In this document: one piece after another, positions 1 to 21,583 of the stretch
How positions within the stretch are numbered: position 1 is the first letter of the stretch
Layout: each line of letters opens with the position of its first letter
Assembly: GCF_016433145.1 (NCBI RefSeq)
Contig: NC_058135.1
Span: forward strand, 278,688,276 to 278,752,275
Direction of reading: 5' to 3'
DNA length: 64,000 nucleotides
Source: Gracilinanus agilis
Lineage: Eukaryota
Notes under the pieces: model-generated
Seen by the model: only the letters and a program-made list of their open reading frames with translations
Told to the model about the DNA's origin: nothing
Database searches by the model: none
Position numbers and translations under genes: made by a program

Positions 1-70
1 AAGGAAGAAAGGAAGGAGGGAAGGAAGGAAGGAAGAAAGGAAGAAAGGAAGGAAGGGAAAAGAAAGAAGG
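1..70. repeat. (AAGG)n-like purine microsatellite
   Basis: Direct reading. Confidence 0.9.
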
Positions 71-1746
71 AACATATTTAGAAGTGGAAGAGATATTGGA
101 AATAATTTAGCTCAATCCTCTTATTTTAGAGAGGAATAAATAGATACTCAAAGAGAATAAGAGATTTGCCAGACAAAATTCATGTCTTCCAGTTAGGAAT
201 CCAATGTTTTACCCTCCTCCAATTTCAGCCCTTGGTGCTCCCACTAGGCAGTAATTTGATCCTGTGCTTTGTCCAAATTCTACCCAGCGAATTCTCCCAA
301 CCTGGCTCTGCCAAAGTTTCTTCTATCTTCTTTACTACCTTCATAGAATGGAATTTTATCATTGTATTTCACCAGAGGCCAGTATTGTTCTCTCCTAGAT
401 GAAGGAAACCCAGGCAAAATATGAGAAAAGGAGCCTGGACAGTCATCCAAGATCAAAGAAACATTGACAGGCTCCCTCCTCCAGACATTTGCCTCAATTG
501 GTTCCCTGAATTTTAAAGAGCACCAAGAAAAATTAGAAATCTAGAAAAAGCCCCATTAATATCATGAAAAAATTGAGTAATTAGATCTAAAAGGAACTAT
601 TGTATTTAGCCAGAAGATGAGAAAGCTGGTGTTAGGTTTAATAAGAAGATACAATAGGGTTTTTTAAGGGAAAATGGTGGCCAGTTACTTTCCATATCCA
701 ATGAATGCAGAGCAAGAGAGAATGGGATTAAATGACAGCAGGCAAGTGTAGGACATATGGAACAGCTTTCTGTCTGGGAGCACAGCAGAACCAAGACAAC
801 AAGACTTGTAGGCAGGAAACAGTTCAGATGCCAGTTCAGACACTTCTCAACTATAATAACCCCAGGCAAGTTACTTAATCTCCTGGAGCCCCAGTTTCCT
901 CAAAATGTCAAAATACCACAGACCTTTGGGAACCTATTCAGATCACAACTCAATGGCAATTTATCATTTTAGAGAGTTAACTTGAGGTTAGGAGAAAGGT
1001 TCAGTGGCACACCCCTAGTCATCTAGCTAATGAATAGCAGAAGCAGGAACTGAACCAAGACTTTCAAGCCATGACACCTCTCTTTTTGATCTAGAAACCA
1101 TAAATGATAATCCTTGGAGGACAGGGGCTTGGACAAATATTTAGCCTTCTAGAGGTGGTTTCTAGTCTTCTGTTCAATGGGGTTAGCCAGCATCAGAGCT
1201 GGCAAGGGGCATGGGCATCAACTTACAAGCCAATCACTTTCCTTCTCTTCCTCCCCTCTCGGTCAGAGTAGAAGTAGCACAATGGATTGCTTCACCAAAA
1301 ACACTTTAGTTTGTCTTGACTCCATCACTCCCTAGCTATGTAGCCCAGGGGAGGTCACATTTTAGAAAGGGCTTTTTTTCCACGTTGGATGATGTCTAAG
1401 ATGCAGAGGTGACTATAAATAATTCAATTGAAATTTCACCTACATTTTAAAGCACCTACTATGTGCAAGGCATTGTGCTCTGCACTGCAGATACAAAGGC
1501 CAAAAAAAAAAATCTGTCTAGCAGGAGCTAACTTTCTATTGGAGTCATAAAGCATGCCCAATAAAAGGATTGGGGATATTTAACTTGGAAAAAAAAATAC
1601 TTAGGAGAGACATGACAGCTTTCTTCAAGTATTTGAATGGCTATGTGAAAGAGAGATTAGGTTTGTTCTGATTAGCCCCCAGAGGGCAGAGCCAAGAGGA
1701 GGAGTTTGAAGGTGAAGGAAGGATTTCAGCTCAAAACATTGAAAAA

Positions 1747-1932
1747 GGGGGCAGCTGGGTAGCTCAGTGGATTGAGAGTCAGGCCTAGAGACTGGAGGTC
1801 CTAGGTTCAAATCCGGCCTCAGACACTTCCTCCCAGCTGTGTGGCTCTGGGCAAGTCACTTGACCCCCATTGCCCACCCTTACCACTCTTCTGCCTTGGA
1901 GCCAATACACAGAAGTTAAGGGGTTAAAAAAA
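1747..1932 (+). mobile_element. Young tRNA-derived CORE-SINE (SINE1_Mdo-like)
   Basis: gggcagctgggtagctcagtggattgagagtcaggcctagag...ggttcaaatcc, with flanking attgaaaaa duplication. Confidence 0.88.
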
Positions 1933-2697
1933 TTGAAAAAAACTTTCTAACAAAAAGATCTGTGCAGAAATGAACTAGAATGCTTCATTGGAGAGATTCA
2001 AGAAAAGATTGGATGATCAATTATTAGGGATGTTTTAGAGAGGACTTTCATTTAATCAATGAATCAGCAATTTCTTCCACACCTACTATGTGCCAGACAG
2101 GCACTGTGAGAGGCACTGAGAATACAAAGACAAAATGATGGTTGTCCCTGACCTAAAGTAGCATACAGTTTCACTGAGGAGTAAATAAAGGCTGTATATA
2201 CAATAAATGATGACAACAGTTGGAAAGGGGGAAATCTGGAATGGTCTCCTGAGAAAAGTAGCATTTGATCTGAGTCTTGAAGGGAATTAGAGTTCCAAAA
2301 GGTGAAAGCGAAAGGGAGGGGCATTCTAGGCAGGGGCAACAACCTGTACAAAGGAAGAGAGGTAGGTGATGAACACCGAAGCCTGCCAGTCTGGCTAGAG
2401 TAAAAAGAATATGAAAGAGAGTAATATGTAATAAGTCTGGATTGACTGGACCCATATCATAAATGTCCAAACAAATGAATTGCTAGGAACCTGACAATTA
2501 AGACTTCTTGTCCTACTGGCAAAAGGACCAATGGGAACATGGTTATTGGTTGGACTAGTGGGTCTTCAAAAGTCCCTTTCAATTCTGAGCTTCTGTGGTT
2601 CGAAGAAATTATTTATTCCTTACTGAGGCTCAATTTCCCTATTTGTAAAATGAGGAAACCAATCTCTACTCTATTTATCACAAAGGATGACTGTGAA

Positions 2698-2812
2698 GAT
2701 AGATAGATACATAGATAGATAGATAGATACATAGATCTATAGAAAGATAGACAGACAGATAGATAGAGAGATAGAGAGATAGATGGAGAGATGGGGACAG
2801 ACAGGCAGATAG

Positions 2813-2850
<38 letters not shown>

Positions 2851-2995
2851 GGACAGACAGACAGATAGATAGACACATACATAGATACATAGATAGAGAG
2901 AGATACAGACAGACAGATGGGGACAGATAGATACAGAGAAAGAGAGAGAGATAAATGGAGAGATGGGGACAGACAGACAGACAGACAGATAGATC
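2698..2995. repeat. Compound (TAGA)/(CAGA)/(GA)n microsatellite
   Basis: Direct reading. Confidence 0.92.
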
Positions 2996-3279
2996 AGTTA
3001 CTATTATTAATATTATTCATCATTTCCCAGAATGTGATCCCCAAAGCTGGCAAGACTCTTCCTCCTTCTAACTCCCTCCCCTAATCTATCTTCCTGCAGC
3101 TCCTTCTATGTGAGCAGGAGAAAGGGATAATAGTTTGGGGAAACCTGGGAAGTATCTGGGACGAAAGAGAAGCTAGGAGTCTCTTGAGATGGGAGACCAG
3201 TGGAAAATAAGGGGGACTTCCCTACAGAATCCAAAGCAGCTGCCCTTCTATCTCTGGTTACCTACTGGAGGGATTGGTC

Positions 3280-3640
3280 AGGGCTGGAAGGGGGCGGGGT
3301 AATAGGCTCTGGGCTAGAGGATCCCACAGAAAGGTGAGTAGAGGGCAGGGGCTTCCTGAGGGAGGGGGAAGAGAGATTGAGAGATGCCACCTGTCAGTCT
3401 CTTGTTAGAAATATGAGCCTCTACGCCTAGACGGGTGTTGTACCAACCGAGCCATAAACAATGAGCTCTGGCTGGCTGGAGTCCTTGGGGGAGGATGACG
3501 GAGGAGGCAGGAGGTGGACTCCTCAGGCGGAATTAAGGGCAAGAGACAGCATGGGCTTAAAGAGAAGAGAGTGAGGCTGCACAGCTGGTGGAAGGAAGGA
3601 AGGAAGAAGCAGACAGAGGCACATACTAGGGCAGCAGCAG
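3280..3640 (+). promoter_or_regulatory. SMTNL1: Candidate SMTNL1 promoter and non-coding first exon(s)
   Basis: The first coding exon begins at a splice acceptor, so an upstream exon is needed. Here there is a GC box (ggggcgggg ~3291), an E-box (cagctg ~3582) and two good + strand donors: aag|gtgagt at 3333 and cag|gtagga at 3640. Which donor is used cannot be determined. Confidence 0.4.
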
Positions 3641-5419
3641 GTAGGAGGCACACCAGCCCCATTCCACACAGCTCCCTACTCTATCCTTCTCTTCCTGTTT
3701 CCTCTACTCCAATTTCCTCTCACTTCCCACGGTCCAGGGATAGAGCAGACTTGGTTATAAGATTAAAAATATGTGGAGAGGACCTCAGAGGTCATCTAGT
3801 CCAAATCTTTCATTTTACAGTAGGGAAAACTGAGGTCAATGGAGAAGCGAATGTTGCAAAAACATGTACCTAGCCAGTGACAAGACTGGGACAATCAGGA
3901 ACCCATCCCTGACTCTAGATTCAATGGTCTAGAGACACTGGGTTACCTAAAGGCTGGCCATCTAGTATATAGAAGTTATGCAAGGAGCCCCTAAGTCCTA
4001 GTTGTGTTCTCACTGAAAATCCTTGAAGCAAACTCACCTGTGGACTCAGTCAAGAAGAGTATCTGTGGCCAAGGTAGCCTCCAACTGGAAGACACTGGAT
4101 GAGAGGGATTGCACCCCATCCATATGTTAAGACAACCTTGGGGATAGCCTGTACTACCTTGGGTTGAGACACCTTGGAATTCTTTCATTCCCCCAGGGTT
4201 CTTCCAAGGAAGCTGGATCATGGATGTGTTTAGCTGAAATCCAAAGGACCCAGGGATGAAAGAAAATATGAAGTCATCTCTAGCCCTTTTATTTCTAAAT
4301 CTAGTCCCAGCTACAAACTCTACTTCTTATCCTGGACTGGAGAAATGGCAGGGCCTCAGGGGACCTAGGTGCTTACAGGGACCCTCACCATTGTATGTCA
4401 CAGTTTTGCCAGTACATCCTCGATACTTCTTGCAGTCATGATCAGTCTTTGTCATGATCTTTGTCGGTCTGTGGGCAAAGCTAAGGAGGATGAGGAAGGA
4501 AGGTCACTAAATGTGGGCCTGCGAATGGGCATGGAGAAGGATGTAGGGCTATTGGCGTTCTATGTCTCTATGTGCGTCCCCAAGCATTTTCAGTTTTATC
4601 CCTGTGGATAAAACTCCTTTCACTGGAGTAACTTGTTACCTTCTATGACTGGGTAGATGATCTTTGAGAAATATGGTGGTCAAAAAGATCAACTAACCTG
4701 TAACCAATCTGAGGATGATACTCTTTATTCTTAACTGTGCTAGTAATCCCCAGAGAGCAGACATAAGGAGTCCCCCTCTCTCTAATTACCTTGTATTCAA
4801 GTACTTTGTAGATATTTGTATTTGTTAATGTTATAGTGGCATCATATATATTTATATATGTCCTTTTTGTCTCCCTCATCAGAATGTAAGTGTTTAAGTC
4901 AGGATTGCTTTGTTCTTTGTACTTATATCTCTAGTGCCTAGTACAATAATAAATATTTATGGATTGACTGATCACCAGATCCAAACTATTCTAGTGGATG
5001 ATGGAGTCAGGATTAAAGACCAAGAAGAGGGGACAACTAGGTGGCCCAGTGGATAGGAGGTCCTAGATTCAAAGCTGTCCTCAGACACTTCCTAGCTGTG
5101 TGACCCTGGGAAAGTCACTTAACCCCCATTGCCTAGCCCTTACTGCTCTTCTGCCTTGAAACCAATACAGAGGATTGATTCTAAGAAAAAAGAGAAGGGT
5201 TTAGAAAAAAAGAGACCAAGGAAGCAAAAACCTTGATGAACTAGAATCATGAGCTGAATCTAATATTCTATATTCTAATTTATTATATTATCTATAAATA
5301 TTCTATAGTTATATAATTTTATATTCTAATTCTAAGAATTCCATATTCTAATATTCTAAATCTAAAGTTCTATAATTAGATTTAAGAAATCAACTCCGTG
5401 GTTTGAAGACGGGGGAGAT

Positions 5420-6050
5420 GTGGTTGACCAGGGGTTAATACAAAATAGATCATATACCACAGGCTCAATATGAGTCAACACTGCAATATGGCGGCCAAGA
5501 ATAGCTGATGCAATCTTAGGCTACATTAAGAGAGACCTAATGTCCAGAACACAGACTCCTTTGTCATCTACCTTAGCTTGACCACATATAGAATGGTGTG
5601 TTCAATTGTGGGCATCACATTTTAAGATGTAATTGACCACTTGGAGTGCATCCAGAAGAGGGCAACCAGGATGGTGAGGGGACTGGGATTTAGCCATTTA
5701 AAGATTATGCCATATAAATAAGAATGGGAAGACTTAGCTTAGAAGGCTCAATAGGGACATAATAACCATTCCTTAAGGATTTGAGGGGCTGTCCCATGGA
5801 AGAAGAATTCAACTTGTTCTATATGGTCCTGGGAGAGCAGAAAGAATTAGTACATAGAAGTTATGGGAAAGCAGATTTTGATTTCAGTACTGAAAACATC
5901 CGCCAGTTAGAGCTGTCCCAAACTAGAAGGGAGTGTGGTGGGTTCCCTACCACCAGAGGCTTCAAGAAAAAACTTGGGGATACTGCAGAAGGGGCTTCCT
6001 GACCAACTAGAGGATGGGCTGCTCCTTTCTAACACTTAGATTCTGTCATT
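5420..6050 (+). mobile_element. CR1/L3 LINE 3' fragment
   Basis: aatatgagtcaacactgcaatatggcggccaag...tggagtgcatccagaagagggcaaccaggatggtgaggg is L3-like. Confidence 0.75.
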
Positions 6051-7292
6051 CGTGAACATTTGGGTTCCATGAGCTTTGGAGACTCTTGTCGGAGGCTTAG
6101 AGAATGCAGGGTCTCTTCCATCTGAGGTATCTGAGATCACTGGTGGAAATGGCTAAGTATATGTGAGTATGCAATCTTTATAGAGGAGTGCATAGTGTGA
6201 TTAGAGGGGTAAGAGTGATTGAGCTGAACAGATGGGATGGATTAGAAAAGAGCAAATGCACCACCCAGATGTATCCTGGGAAAATGCCTGGCATTGATTT
6301 ATTTTGCATGGATTTCTCAGCGATGGCATGTAATGATTCTTATCACTGAATACTATCATGATCATGTCATATACATGTCCTATCTTCCACCTGGACTATG
6401 AGCTCCTTGAGGGCAGAGACTAAGTCCTATGCTTTTTCATACATCCCTATGATGCCTAGAACATAGTAGGACCTCTCAAGGTAGAAGTTTAGAATTCCAC
6501 AGCTGGAAGGGAACTTGCTTAGAACGTAAACTATCAGAGCCAAGAGAACCTTAGAAGAGAAAATGGTAGAGCCTAGAGGGAACTCAACGACAGAGCTAGA
6601 AGAGACTTTGGGATATGGAATGTCACAACTGGGAGAGACATGAGAACATAAGATATCATATTATACCTGAACAGGGATTAGAGGAGAGATTCTCAACCAT
6701 TTTGGGCATCACAGACCCCTTTGTCAGTCTAGGAAAGTCCGAGAACCCCTTCCCAGAATAATGATTTATAACCTCCATTTATAGTTCAAGGAAATACTCA
6801 TTTCATTTAGAAGTTCACAAAGATAAAGGTGTATTTGCTTCCCATCCAGTTTCACAGATCTTGTGAAATCTATGCATGGACCCCCTTTGGGGAAAGGGGC
6901 ACCAGAACCCCATATTAAAAACTTCTGAATTAAAAGTAATCAAGTCCAGTTCTTCATTTTACAGATGAGAAAGCAGATGCTCAAAAAGGAGAAATAAGAT
7001 GGCCAACGTCACGCCATTAATTAGTGGCAAAGCTGGAACTAGTGATGACATCTCCTGACTCCCCATTCTCTGCTTTTTTTGGATCAGGCAACCTCCATTA
7101 TCGAATAGACAGGAGGCAGCGGGAAGTAGGCTATTGGCAAGCAACATTGAGTAAAAACCACCAAGGGCTGGTGAGGGGAGGGACAAGGTAGATCATCTGG
7201 AGAGAGACAGGAAGCAGCTGGAAAATGCCCTAGCCTCCTTCAAGGAGACGGGAAACATCTTTGGCTACTAATATCCCAGAAGTGATGGCTAA

Positions 7293-7470
7293 TCCAAGCT
7301 CAGTGGATTGAGAGTCAGGCCTAGAGATGGGAGGTCCTAAGTTCAAATCCGGGCTCAGACACTTCCCAGCTATGTGACCCTGGACAAGTCACTTGACCCC
7401 CATTGCCCACCCTTACTACTCTTCTACTTATGAGCCAATACACAGAAGTTAAGGGTTTTTTTTAAAAAAA
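7293..7470 (+). mobile_element. Young SINE, 5'-clipped, with 51-bp target duplication
   Basis: Identical 51-mers at 7242-7292 and 7471-7521. Confidence 0.9.
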
Positions 7471-10400
7471 AAGGAGACGGGAAACATCTTTGGCTACTAA
7501 TATCCCAGAAGTGATGGCTAAGACTAATGGGGTGCAAGGGTCTCATCCTTATATGGAAACAAGAAAAGCAGGAAAAGGTCTGGATTCTGAAGAGAAGACT
7601 TGGGTTCAAATCCCAATTATCCCACTGAGTGACCTTAGCAAATGACTTCAACTCCCTGAGCCTGTTTTCTCATCTCTAAACTTTGAGGGTTCACCTAGAA
7701 GGCCTCTGAGGTCCCTTGTGGTCCTCCATCTTCGGTCCCATGCAGCAAAGACCGGAGTGGTGATTCCTCGTTCCCCTGTCTGCCTCTTTTCTTGGTTCCC
7801 ACCCCCATGCCCATAGATACATCCAGGTGCCCCGAATGCTATCAGCTCAGGAGATAACTTTGCAAAGGTCAGGGAGTATTTTTAAACAGTGACAGGATTG
7901 CCTGTCCCTCCTCCTGCCTGAGTCACCATGAGGGACCCTGTTTGAGAGTTGTTTTCTTTGTAACCTGACCCTCAAGGGGGCAAGGGACTGGAGAGACTGT
8001 CCCTGGCATCCCTCCAGGTGTAGACACACCACAGTAAGTATATGCCTGGCGCACCCTGAGTCCAGAGGACTCAGCTTCATTGTAGAGATCCCCTACCTTG
8101 TCTTGTAGTGCTGCCCTAACCTCACGGCTAGGCTGACGCCTGGAGAACTTAAAGGAGGAAAACGTGTGTCCTTTACAAGGGAAATATGATCCTCCTGATC
8201 AACTGTGGCCAGCAAGTCTAACTAGGAGGTTCTCATTAGCCCTGTCCAGAGCACTGGAAGTTGGACAGAGCTAGAATAAAGTGTGTGTGTGTGTGTGTTG
8301 AATTCAAATCTGGCCTCTAACACTTACGAGCTGCGTGACCCTAGATGAGTCCCTGTTTGCCTCAGTTTTCTCATCTGTAAAATGAAAATAATAACAGCAC
8401 CTCCCTCCCAGGCTTGTTGCAAGGATCAAATGAGACAATAATTGTAAAGTGCTTAGCACAGAGCCTGGCACATAGTAAGTGCTCTATAAATGTCAGTTAT
8501 TATATCGTTATATCTCTCGACCAAACACTTTCCATATGTTATGCCCTTTAATCCTCACAAGGGAAAAGAAGGGAATAAGCAGTATATACAGCACCTACTA
8601 TGTGCCGGCACTTTAATTGATCTTCACAACAACCCTGGGAGGCAGGTACTGTTATTATCCCTATTTTTACAAGTGAGGAAACTGAGGCAGGGAGGTTAAG
8701 TGATCTGTCCAGGACCACACAGCTAGTAAGAATCTGAGTCAGGATTTAAATTCATCTGGGGTCTGTCTGATTCCAAGGCCCACACTCTATCTGCTATGCC
8801 ACCAGTCAGAATTTAGCTTAATGTAAGGAAAAACTCCCCACCAAGTGGAGCTGTCCCCAAATGGAGTGGTCTGCCTTGAGAGAGAATGGGTTTCTCCACA
8901 CTGGAAGTACAGAAGAAAAACCTAGATAACTGCTTGCCACATGTATTGCAGAAAGGATTCTCGTGGGGCCACATAGCCTCCAAGATCCCTTCCAACTCCA
9001 AGATTGCATTCTGCCGTTCCATAATCGAGAAGAGACTCGAGTTTAGATCTGGGCCCCCAGAGTTCTAGCTGCAAGTCTCTGAGCCTCAGTTTCCTTTTCT
9101 CTGAAATGGGAACGATGATGCTGTGCTGCTTACCTCGCCGTGTGATCTGGGGGAAAAATTTCAAGTTGTTATTATGGTCCACTGAGTAAAATTTAAACTC
9201 TTTGGCTTGACATTGAGGGCATCGAACAAGGTGGCACCCATGAGCCTGTGCAGCCCATTTCATTAGGGTGGCCCAGAGGGAATGATATTCCTTTTACAAA
9301 TGAAGGTCACTTGTCCAGGCTGGTGTGAGAATAAAAGGAGACAACATGTGGAAGCACTTTTCAAATCTCAAAGCCCTTTATAAAGGCTAGCTATTCTTCT
9401 GTGAGTCTCTAGCAGTCTTAAAATTCAAAGGATCCATTTCTGGGAGATCTCCTCTTGTTTTTTAAACCCTTGCCTTGTTTCCTAGAATCTATATTAAGTA
9501 TGGATTCCAAAGCAGAAAAGCAGTAAGGGCTGGACAATGGGGGTTAAATGACTTGCCCAGGGTCTCACAGCCAGGAAATGTCTGAGGACAGATTTGAACC
9601 CAGGACTTCCCTACCCCAGGCCTGGCTCTCTATCCACTGAGCCACTTAGCTGCCCAAAGATCTCCTCTTAAAGGACACTATTTTTATTCCTCAAAGAAAT
9701 TAAACTTAACTATAATATAGATGCCTGATCCAGCAAACCCTAGTTTCAGATGGAAAGAATAAATATGTCGTGTGTTGAAAAGCCTTTTTTCCAAGCCACA
9801 CCTGACACACGTACCCTGGACAAACACCTAAGCTGGCGACTTGCCTTTCTAGTTTTATCTCGTGTTCTGCCTCCTCCCGATAACACCAAGCTTCAGCTAG
9901 TGTTTCCTCATCTGCAGAATTTAGAGTCTTGGATTAGATGGTCTCTGAGGTCCCTTCCAGTTCCAAATCCTTTGATCCCCTGATGATCCCCTCTCTGCCC
10001 ACATACCCTGTGCCTTCCTGCCTGTCGGGACCTTCGGTCAAACTGTTCCCTATGCCTGGAATGTCTTCAGAGAATCACAGACTGAAAGCTGAAATGGACT
10101 TTAAAGGTCATCCCCTAGTCCAATCCGTTCCTTTTATAAAAAAGGAAACTGAGACCCGGAACTTATTTCAGACAGCCAGGATTCAAACTCAGGACCTGGG
10201 ACTCCAAATCTAGCATTCTTCTCCCTCTTCCTTTCTGCCTGGTGAAAACCTTCTCATCCATTGAAACTCAACTCAGATGTAGTCCCTGACCCCTTTGCCA
10301 CCTTCCCTCCCCTCCCAGCCCCCCAGACCTCCTCTTCTGAGCACCAACTGGGTTATTGTTAATTATAATTATTCATGTATATTATAGGGGTGGAGGGAAG

Positions 10401-10862
10401 AAATTGTGTCCTCACTCCCCCATCACATCTTCATAGGAAGTCCAAAAAGATTTGTTTCTTCATCCCTCAGAGGCAACTAGATGGTAAAGGTGCCAAAGCA
10501 CTTGACTTGGAATAAGGAAACTCTGAGTTCAAATTACTTAGTAACTGTATGACTCTGGGCAAATGCCTTCATCTTTCCAGCCTCAGTTTCCTCATCTGTC
10601 AAAAGGGGAAAATAATATCACATCCTTCTCAGGGTTGCTGTGAAGATCAAATGAGGCAATAAATAAATATAGGAAATGCATTTGGCAAGACCTTTAAGTG
10701 CTTCGTAAATGTGAGCTATTATTATTTAAACTTTGTATCTTTCCCAACATCTTCCCTGGACTTTACATACAGTAAGTGTCTAATAAATATATTCTTTCTC
10801 CTTGCTCTGTGGCAAGGCTTGGCGAAGAGTCAAATCCTAATGAATGTCATCTCCTTCTAGAG

Positions 10863-19386
<8,524 letters not shown>

Positions 19387-20404
19387 AGAACATGAGAGTC
19401 CGTGGCAGGAGCAGCCCATAAGGACATCTGGTTGATGCTAATGGGACTTCCTCTTGCTCTTTGGCATCCCTCAGTTATTTAGGAGGTGACTAAAGACACA
19501 GGGAGGACAGAGGCATATGGGGCAGCACAGTGACATCCTGGGGCTTCTAGGGTCCATGCCCCCAGTCCCCAGGCACCCTACCCCAAGATAAGGAATAGCC
19601 AAAGAAACTTTCCTGAGAACACTCCTTCCTGTCTGCTTCTTAATGTCTCAAATTGCCTCGATCTCCTCCTCTTCCATCCTCACACAAATCCTGGGAGGTC
19701 CCTGGAATAGATAGATATTATCATTCTCAATTTATAGATGAGGAACCAGGCATCACTAAGGGTCAAATGACTTCACCAAAGTCATGCAACTCATTTGAGG
19801 ACAGGACTGGAATGAGAACCCAGATCTTCTGTCTTTCAACTTCCTGCTCTTTCACAGAATCATAATCCATAGACATTAGAACCTGTAGGGACCATGCATG
19901 AAAGAAGCAGAAGAAGAAGCTTAGAAGATACCTAGTGTTATCCAGTATCTGTTTTCCAGGTGAGGAACCCCAGAGAAGCCAAGTAACTTAGCCAAGGCTG
20001 TAGAGTAGGAAGAAGCAAGGTCAAAATTTGAACCCATTTCCTGTGATTCCACTTTTAATTCTTTGTCTCTGGGACACCATTATGCCTGTTACAAACCAGG
20101 CTGGGCTTGAAATTCTGGCCATTGGTGACAACTCAAATATAATCACAAGAGGATCCAGGTTGGAAATGGGTTGGATGATGGCTGCAACTTAAGCTACATC
20201 TCTGACCATGGTAAACATCCTTCGGGGCAGTTTGTCCATTCATTCATTTGATCATCCATTCATTCACTCACCATCTGAAAAAGCTGGAGGGTTCTCATGA
20301 AATGCAAACTTAGAATGAAACGATATTTTGGGGGGCAGCCAAAAAACTAATATGATCTTAGCCTGATGGGAGCACATTGTCCTGAATGTGGGATTCTAGC
20401 CCAC

Positions 20405-21110
20405 TCAGGCTACATCTGGACTATTGTGCTCAGTTCTAACCCTCATGTTGTGGGAAAGACATTGGCACGCTGGATTGGACCCAGAAGAGGGAGACCAAGA
20501 TGGTGAGAAGATTGTTCTATGAAAGGATCTATTAAAGAAAATGGGGGTGGTTAATTTGGAGAAGAGAAGACTCATAAGGAACATGACAAACATCTCTCTT
20601 CAAGTATCTAAAGGGCTCTCCTATAGGCAAAGGTTTAGACATTTTCTGTTTGGTCCTAGAAGACTAGGAGGGATGGGTAGATGTGGCAAAAGGGGCAGAA
20701 GCGCACTGGGCAGAAGGGAAAACTTTTTTTTATGATTAGAACTATTCCAAATTTTGGATCTGGCTTTTTTTTAACCCTTACCTTCTGCCTTGGAATCAAT
20801 TCTATGTAGTAAGGGCTAGGCAATAGGGGTTAAGTGACTTACCCAGGGTCACACAGCTGGGAAGTGTCTGAGGCCAGATTTGAACCTAGGACCTCCTGTC
20901 TCTAGGTCTAGCTCTCAATCCACTGTGCCACCCAGCTGCCCCCCAGGATCTGGCTGTTTTGAGAAGCAAAAGGTTATCTCTCTCTGAAGGTTTTCAAGGA
21001 GATTCCAGATGACCACTTAGGAGGGAGAGAAGGAGATAGTATAGAGGAAATTCCTGTTTTGACACAGATGGGGCTTGACAGCCTATAAGGTTCCTTCAAA
21101 TTGTTGTGAG
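20405..21110 (+). mobile_element. CR1/L3 fragment interrupted by a - strand SINE (20768-20945)
   Basis: ccagaagagggagaccaagatggtgag...ttaatttggagaagagaagactcataaggaacatgac motifs. Confidence 0.65.
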
Positions 21111-21378
21111 GAAGTTTAACAACAAAATCTGAGTTTGTCATCCATTCTTCCGACTTTTTTGTTGGAGAAAAGGGTGTCTCCCGCACTGAAGACTAGTTAT
21201 CAAAAACGATATTTCCTAAGGTAGAAAGAATTCAGGAGACTGAAGAATATATTCCAGGTTTTAGATTTTCTCTCTCCACTTTACCTTGGCAGAAACTTCC
21301 ATATCTCACTTCTCCTAGTGAGAAGTTTCCTTCCTCGACTTATCAGACCATTCAAGTGCCACTCCTATCTCTCTAGAC

Positions 21379-21583
21379 CAGGGGTCGGCAACGTATGGCT
21401 CTCGAGCCATATCTGGCTCTTTTGAGGGCCAGATCTGGCTCTTTCTGCAGGAGCCATAAAGTCAATTTTTTTCAGGCACTGTTACAGGAGTGGCACTATG
21501 AGCACTGTATGGCTCTCATGAAATTACAGTTTAAAAAATGTGGCATTTATGGCTCTCATGGCCAAAAAGGTTGCCAACCCCTG
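21379..21583. mobile_element. hAT MITE (205 bp)
   Basis: TIRs caggggtcggcaac / gttgccaacccctg; 8-bp flanks ctctagac / ctctaggg. Confidence 0.88.

Noticed and set aside
1747-1830. tRNA-like sequences (tagctcagtgg...ggttcaaatcc), here and at many SINE heads
   Set aside because: These are A/B boxes of tRNA-derived SINEs, not tRNA genes: no cloverleaf, and they continue into the SINE core.
1-3300. TIMM10, the expected leftward neighbour
   Set aside because: No twin CX3C TIMM10 coding sequence was found on either strand. It presumably lies outside the window.
4592-4615. 10-bp inverted repeat agttttatcc-ctgt-ggataaaact
   Set aside because: An isolated short hairpin expected by chance in 64 kb, with no pre-miRNA-length stem.
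10776-10862. Upstream extension of the 306-aa ORF (MSNKYILSPC...)
   Set aside because: It starts at GTG in intronic, MIR-adjacent sequence. A clean acceptor at 10860 precedes the true MEQ start.
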